A stretch of DNA of 64,000 nucleotides. It comes from Acidobacteriota bacterium (GTDB lineage: Bacteria > Acidobacteriota > UBA6911). This document shows positions 58,772 to 64,000 of this stretch, in pieces. Each line of letters opens with the position of its first letter. Positions within the stretch are counted from its first letter, which is position 1. The DNA is taken from NCBI GenBank assembly GCA_963664705.1, contig OY761556.1, forward strand, positions 288,001 to 352,000, written 5' to 3'. The notes below the pieces were generated by a model, which was given only the letters and a program-made list of their open reading frames with translations, searched no databases and had not been told where the DNA came from. The position numbers and the translations under genes were made by a program.

Positions 58772-59476
58772 TTATCGATGAGCGCGCCGGCGCTGGAGGT
58801 TTATCTTTTCTCCCAGAGGTTTGGATCTGCCGTGATGAGTTCCCGCGTGTTTTGCCAGTGAGGGCTTTGGCTTGGATGCAGCCTTTTTCTGAGGCTTTGC
58901 CACATGTCTCGCCTTTACTTCAGGTGGCGGTACCGGTTTGGCGGATTTGGCCGTTTGGCGTGCCATCGGCTTTATGTGGGGTTCCTGCACTTCTTTTTCA
59001 AATTGTTGCAACAGCAGATTGGAATGTTGAAGGATACCGGGATCTCCTGCAAATTCTCGCGTAACTCTTGTGATTCTGGCAAGATGCGCCTTAACGATTA
59101 TGTAGAAGTCCAGCGCGCGATCCGTCCAGTTCTCACGCAATCTGCGAATGATCGGAACATAGATCTTCAAGGTTGCAGGCTCTTCGTAGAGGAAAGCCTG
59201 TTCAAAGCAGCGGATGAGGGATAGATCTTCTTTTTTTTCAATGATTTGCTTGCGAGCGGCTGCGATCTCCTTGATGAATGGATCCTGTTCATCCTTCATC
59301 TGAATCCAGAAGGAATGCGGGAGAGCGCTCATGCTGCGCTTCTGCTGTGCTACATCCTGCGCCATCGAGCTCCAGATATCCCGGACGAGCTGATTCTCAC
59401 TAAACCTTTGCTGAAGATCAACATACAGCTGAATCATTGTATCCTGAAGCTCTGTAATGGAACCCTGTAGGTTCAT
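58772..59476 (-). CDS. Hypothetical helical protein with basic Lys/Pro/Ala-rich tail
   Basis: 234-aa ORF filling the gap between genes; helical N-terminal ~165 aa and low-complexity basic C-terminus. Confidence 0.7.
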   Translation of the reverse strand: MNLQGSITELQDTMIQLYVDLQQRFSENQLVRDIWSSMAQDVAQQKRSMSALPHSFWIQMKDEQDPFIKEIAAARKQIIEKKEDLSLIRCFEQAFLYEEPATLKIYVPIIRRLRENWTDRALDFYIIVKAHLARITRVTREFAGDPGILQHSNLLLQQFEKEVQEPHIKPMARQTAKSAKPVPPPEVKARHVAKPQKKAASKPKPSLAKHAGTHHGRSKPLGEKINLQRRRAHR

Positions 59477-59763
59477 AAATCATTCTCACTTGATCAAAGG
59501 ACCGTGAACCGGCCAATCAGGTGCCGAAGGGAGGCGCTCAAGAACCAAAATGTAGCAGAGTCGAGGATCGGCTGTAAAGTCTCTTGTTTATATTATTTTT
59601 AAGGATTTAGCTGTGGTTTTACACGGATTCGAAATTTGAAAATGAATAAGATTCTGCGTGATTGCCTTGGATTTTCAATGTCCGAAAATCACTTGGGTTA
59701 GAAAAAAGGAAGAGTTCGTTCAATAGATTATGTGTTTGCAAATATCAACCGTGAGGATCCCTA

Positions 59764-60687
59764 TTATCGCACGGCTCCATCTATGAACTGGACGGACCCG
59801 GCGTCGGCGTCCAGACGAACTTTTACGCCAAATGGAATAGCCCAGTTATCTTTCGAATGTCCGGCCGGGAATCCCGCGATCACCGGTATTTCAAGTTTGG
59901 TTAGAATATCCCGGAGCGTATCCGCTGCGGTGTAATTGGCATCGTCGGGTTCACAATCGATAAAACTACCCAGGATAATGCCGGCGACATTTTGCAACTT
60001 GCCTGCAAGCTGCAGATGCATCAACAGGCGATCGAGTCTGTATGGCGGTTCCCCCTGATCCTCCAGGAAGAGTATTTTCCCGTCTGTTTTGATTTCATAG
60101 GGTGTCCCAATGCTCGTCGCGATTATGGAAAGACAACCGCCAACAAGGATTCCCTCGGCAGAGCCCGGGTGCCACGTTTCGATTTCGCCGAAATGAAAGG
60201 CAGGTCGGTATTCAGGATTGGTCCAAAGAGAAAAAAGATGCTGTTGCTGCTCCGGCGAGGCGTCGCCGAGCGAAGCAGCCATGGGACCATGGGTCGTGAT
60301 CCAACCAAATCTTCGCCGGAAGAACATATGCAAGGTTGTAAGATCGCTGAACCCCATGAATATTTTGGGATGCGGACGCAATCGCTTTTCCATCAGGCGG
60401 GGGATCAGTCTGGCGCATCCGTATCCGCCGCGCAGGGCCAGGATAGCCTGCACAGAAGGATCTTCAAATGCGCACATCAATTCTTCCGCTCTGTCGGCGT
60501 CCGCGCCCGCAAGGTACCGTGACGATTCAAAAATACGTTCATCAAAGCGCACGCGGAATCCCATCTTCTCCAGCAGGGTTATTCCGTTTTCGAATCTCTG
60601 GCGTTGTCCCACCGTGCTGGCAGGCGCGATGATTGACACGGTATCGCCGGGATTCATCTTTGGCGGTTGAATGGTAGGAATGTCCAT
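59764..60687 (-). CDS. ldcA: LD-carboxypeptidase (S66 family)
   Basis: IAPAS, RGGYG, GFSDLT (Ser), FLEDQGE (Glu), PAGH (His). Confidence 0.9.
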   Translation of the reverse strand: MDIPTIQPPKMNPGDTVSIIAPASTVGQRQRFENGITLLEKMGFRVRFDERIFESSRYLAGADADRAEELMCAFEDPSVQAILALRGGYGCARLIPRLMEKRLRPHPKIFMGFSDLTTLHMFFRRRFGWITTHGPMAASLGDASPEQQQHLFSLWTNPEYRPAFHFGEIETWHPGSAEGILVGGCLSIIATSIGTPYEIKTDGKILFLEDQGEPPYRLDRLLMHLQLAGKLQNVAGIILGSFIDCEPDDANYTAADTLRDILTKLEIPVIAGFPAGHSKDNWAIPFGVKVRLDADAGSVQFIDGAVR

Positions 60688-60734
60688 ATAGATGTTAAGA
60701 TAGCTTTCCGAAACCCGATTGATGGAGATCAACC

Positions 60735-61349
60735 ATGCTCAACTACATTTGGCTTTCGATGATTATTCTTGCCGTTGTTGTGGGCGGAATCAACGGCAAA
60801 ATCCAGGATGTTACGAAGGCTGCTATCGATTCGGCGACCAATTCCGTGACAATTGCCATCGGTCTTATCGGAACCATGGCACTTTGGCTCGGACTGATGA
60901 AGATTGCGGAAGACTCCGGCCTCATGGGATTGGTAGCAAAGGCGATCGCCCCGATATTGAAACGCCTGTTTCCGGATGTCCCTGCCGGGCATCCGGCCAT
61001 GGCAAGCATGACAATGAACATTGCCGCCAACATGCTTGGGTTGAGCAATGCTGCCACTCCCATGGGCCTGAAAGCCATGGAGGATCTCGAGAAACTCAAT
61101 AAGAATCCCGGTGTAGCTACAAATGCAATGTGTACTTTCCTGACGGTCAATACCGCGGGTCTCCAGCTGATTCCGGCCACAATGATCAGCATCATGGCAT
61201 CTGCCGGTTCGAAAGAACCCACGGCGGTAATCGGTACCACCATTGCCGCAACCATGGCAGCCCTGATCCTTGGAATTACCGCTGTCAAGATATTGGAAAA
61301 GCTTCCAGTCTTTTCTCCCGACCGTGATCAGCAAAGGAAGTCCTCATGA
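60735..61349 (+). CDS. spmA: SpmA-like gate-domain membrane protein
   Basis: MLNYIW, LWLGLMKIAE, NIAANMLGLSNAATPMGLKAM, LQLIPAT. Confidence 0.9.
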   Translation: MLNYIWLSMIILAVVVGGINGKIQDVTKAAIDSATNSVTIAIGLIGTMALWLGLMKIAEDSGLMGLVAKAIAPILKRLFPDVPAGHPAMASMTMNIAANMLGLSNAATPMGLKAMEDLEKLNKNPGVATNAMCTFLTVNTAGLQLIPATMISIMASAGSKEPTAVIGTTIAATMAALILGITAVKILEKLPVFSPDRDQQRKSS

Positions 61350-61882
61350 TTCAGCACATCATCGGTACGATCTCAATATGGGCTATACCGCTCTTTCTTG
61401 TTTTCATTCCTGTATATGGAGCCTGCAAGAAGGTAAAGGTGTACGAAAGCTTTGTGGAAGGAGCCAAGGGCGGCTTTCAAATGGCAATCCGCATTATACC
61501 CTATCTGGTGGCAATCCTTGTTGCGGTGGGGATGTTGCGTGGAGCCGGCGCGATTGACATGCTGTCACACTGGCTTGATCCCGTGCTCCGACGTGTAGGA
61601 TTTCCTGTCGAAATACTCCCGCTTGCCATCATGCGGCCGCTTTCCGGGAGTGGATCGATGGGGATAGTTACCGAATTGATCAAAGTCCACGGCCCCGATT
61701 CGTTTCTTGGCCGCCTTGCTGCCTCCGCCTATGGGAGCACGGAAACAACCTTTTATGTTCTGGCCGTCTATTTCGGTTCCGTCGGCATCCGAAAAACCAG
61801 GCATGCCGTTATCGCCGGGCTGGTGGCCGACATTGCCAGCCTGGTCGCTGCCGTTTTTATTTGTCGTTTTGTGTTCCTTTAA
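61346..61882 (+). CDS. spmB: SpmB-like gate-domain membrane protein
   Basis: VYESFVEGAK, RPLSGSGS, GSTETTFYVLAVYFGSVGI; ATGA overlap. Confidence 0.9.
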   Translation: MIQHIIGTISIWAIPLFLVFIPVYGACKKVKVYESFVEGAKGGFQMAIRIIPYLVAILVAVGMLRGAGAIDMLSHWLDPVLRRVGFPVEILPLAIMRPLSGSGSMGIVTELIKVHGPDSFLGRLAASAYGSTETTFYVLAVYFGSVGIRKTRHAVIAGLVADIASLVAAVFICRFVFL

Positions 61883-62138
61883 AAGCGTGTCCGAGCATGG
61901 AGATTTGCCGCATGTGTACGCGGTTGAGCCTCATTTTCCTTGCCTGTTGGCCAAAAATGCACCTCATGGGAGCGGTTTTGCACTTTGTCCAATTTCTTGA
62001 CTAAATCGCAATGTTGAATAATTTGGGGAATCTGTTCCGCTTTCCTCTGGTATAATCCACCCCCTCGAATTTGGCAGTATCTTTGTATCACTTGACATAG
62101 GAGTTCGTACCCTTGCTTACGTACTCAGGAGAATGTTA

Positions 62139-64000
62139 ATGGTTACGAAAAGCCTCAGCTACTCAGGGAGAGTCACGGTTCGGGCCTGGACCGTGATCCT
62201 GGCTATTTTACTTCTCGGCCTGCTGGCAATACCGGCAGCCGTTGCTCAGGTTCCTGAGCCGGCACAGGCCGCCGCGTCCCACGAAGGTGGGGGAGAAGCG
62301 TCGCTAGTGCTCCCCAATTTGGGACAGGTTGATTTTCATGGATTTAACGCCCGCACGTTATTGTTGGGTGGAATCGGAGTCTGCATCCTGGGACTTCTAT
62401 TCGGATTGATTATTTTCACCCAGCTCAAAAAGCTTCCGGTGCATAAATCCATGCTGGAAATTTCCGAGCTGATCTACGAGACCTGCAAGACCTACTTGGT
62501 TACTCAAGGCAAGTTCATACTCATTCTTGAGGTCTTCATCGGCATTATCATGCTGGTTTACTTTGGATTCCTCCAGCATTTTGCCGCAACGAAAGTTGCC
62601 ATAATCTTAGTCTTTAGTCTCATAGGCATCGGCGGAAGCTACGGGGTTGCATGGTTTGGAATCCGGATCAACACCTTTGCAAATTCCCGAACCGCTTTTG
62701 CCAGTCTCGAAGGGAGAGCCTTCCCCTGCTATGAAATCCCGCTGAAAGCCGGGATGAGCATCGGGATGGCGCTGATCAGCGTTGAGCTGTTCATGATGCT
62801 TTGCATCCTTCTCTTCATCCCGGGCGACTATGCGGGGCCATGTTTCATCGGATTCGCCATCGGCGAATCTCTCGGCGCCGCAGCGCTGCGCATAGCCGGC
62901 GGCATCTTCACCAAGATCGCGGATATCGGTTCCGATCTGATGAAGATTGTCTTCAAGATTAAGGAAGATGACGCCCGCAACCCAGGCGTTATTGCCGATT
63001 GCACCGGGGACAATGCCGGCGATTCTGTCGGCCCGACGGCGGACGGCTTTGAAACTTACGGCGTTACCGGCGTTGCCTTGATCTCCTTCATCCTCCTTGC
63101 CGTCCGGCAACAGGAAATACAGGTGAAATTGCTGGTCTGGATTTTCGTCATGCGCATCATGATGATCATTGCCAGCGGACTCTCTTACCTGGTCAATGAG
63201 GGGATTGCCAAGGCTCGCTATGCCAATGCGACAAAAATGAATTTCGAGTCGCCGCTTACATTCCTCGTCTGGCTGACCTCCATTGTTTCGGTGGTGATTA
63301 CCTATATTGTTTCCTACTTCCTGATTGGAAACCTGGGCGATGGTTCCTTATGGTGGAAGCTATCCACGGTTATTACCTGCGGTACCCTGGCGGGTGCGAT
63401 CATTCCGGAACTGGTTAAAGTATTCACCTCAACCGAATCCCGCCATGTGCGCGAAGTTGTGGCGTCCGGCCGTGAAGGCGGCGCTTCTCTGGGGATCCTC
63501 TCCGGATTTGTGGCCGGCAATTTCAGTGCCTACTGGCTGGGCATCGCGATTATGGGCCTCATGGGCATTGCCTTCGGCGTCAGCACCCTTGGGCTCGCCG
63601 ATTTGATGTCGGCTCCTGCGGTCTTTGCTTTCGGCCTGGTCGCTTTCGGTTTTCTGGGAATGGGCCCGGTCACTATCGCGGTGGATTCCTATGGCCCTGT
63701 GACGGATAACGCTCAGTCGGTATTTGAGCTCTCCCTGATCGAACAGGTGCCGGGCATCAAGCAGCAGATCAAAAAAGAACATGGCTTTGATGTGAATTTT
63801 GACAAAGCCAAGGATCTGCTGGAACAGAATGACGGGGCCGGAAACACGTTCAAGGCAACGGCCAAACCGGTTCTGATTGGTACCGCCGTCGTCGGCGCGA
63901 CAACGATGATCTTCTCAATCATCGTCATGCTTACGAATGGTCTTACTCAGAACCTCGAAAAGCTGTCGCTGCTGCACCCTCAATTTCTACTTGGGTTGAT
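62139..64000 (+). CDS. hppA: Membrane-bound ion-pumping pyrophosphatase, divergent subfamily (3' truncated; not in the ORF track)
   Basis: GGIFTKIADIGSDL...EDDARNPGVIADCTGDNAGD, DSYGPVTDNAQS, GNTFKATAK; RBS AGGAGA; alternative in-frame ATG at 62133. Confidence 0.93.
   Translation, partial: MVTKSLSYSGRVTVRAWTVILAILLLGLLAIPAAVAQVPEPAQAAASHEGGGEASLVLPNLGQVDFHGFNARTLLLGGIGVCILGLLFGLIIFTQLKKLPVHKSMLEISELIYETCKTYLVTQGKFILILEVFIGIIMLVYFGFLQHFAATKVAIILVFSLIGIGGSYGVAWFGIRINTFANSRTAFASLEGRAFPCYEIPLKAGMSIGMALISVELFMMLCILLFIPGDYAGPCFIGFAIGESLGAAALRIAGGIFTKIADIGSDLMKIVFKIKEDDARNPGVIADCTGDNAGDSVGPTADGFETYGVTGVALISFILLAVRQQEIQVKLLVWIFVMRIMMIIASGLSYLVNEGIAKARYANATKMNFESPLTFLVWLTSIVSVVITYIVSYFLIGNLGDGSLWWKLSTVITCGTLAGAIIPELVKVFTSTESRHVREVVASGREGGASLGILSGFVAGNFSAYWLGIAIMGLMGIAFGVSTLGLADLMSAPAVFAFGLVAFGFLGMGPVTIAVDSYGPVTDNAQSVFELSLIEQVPGIKQQIKKEHGFDVNFDKAKDLLEQNDGAGNTFKATAKPVLIGTAVVGATTMIFSIIVMLTNGLTQNLEKLSLLHPQFLLGL

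Noticed and set aside
60735-61882. Evidence of sporulation from spmAB
   Set aside because: SpmAB homologues are widespread in non-sporulating bacteria and there are no other sporulation genes here.
1-64000. Many long antisense or alternate-frame ORFs (e.g. 14678-15721 -, 21315-22271 +, 41209-42156 +, 57280-58416 +)
   Set aside because: They overlap well-supported genes and have no recognisable motifs; these are typical shadow ORFs of GC-rich coding DNA.

Overview
A 64-kb bacterial chromosomal segment with moderately high GC. Gene content suggests an anaerobic diderm, possibly Acidobacteriota-like (inference). It starts with the 3' end of glnS and tRNA-Gln(CTG), then an accessory stretch (about 0.36-19 kb). 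There a ~237-bp near-identical direct repeat, beginning with the last 20 nt of the tRNA, brackets a 3.2-kb integrase-less cassette (ECF sigma, anti-sigma, stand-alone SecDF-P1-head-like protein). Next come a glycopeptide-type GT1 glycosyltransferase, a hydroxycinnamoyl-CoA hydratase-lyase homologue, DUF1846, an MFS transporter, an MtaA/UroD-family protein, a ~1000-aa ankyrin protein and a PAS/GAF hybrid kinase. The rest looks mostly like core genome: ppx-ppk1-ROK-PHP, sixA, a diguanylate cyclase, MrfAB-like helicase/nuclease, pit, a LuxR regulator, wbpB/wbpD-like genes, a sigma54 two-component system with a clear -24/-12 promoter ahead of htrA-htrA-dsbA, a 2-oxoacid:ferredoxin oxidoreductase operon, addBA, two Tat substrates, nupC, a radical SAM gene, an atypical ClpX, ldcA divergent from spmAB, and a truncated divergent membrane pyrophosphatase. 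I saw no CRISPR array, rRNA, integrase or transposase. All family calls come from motif recognition by eye, with no database searches.
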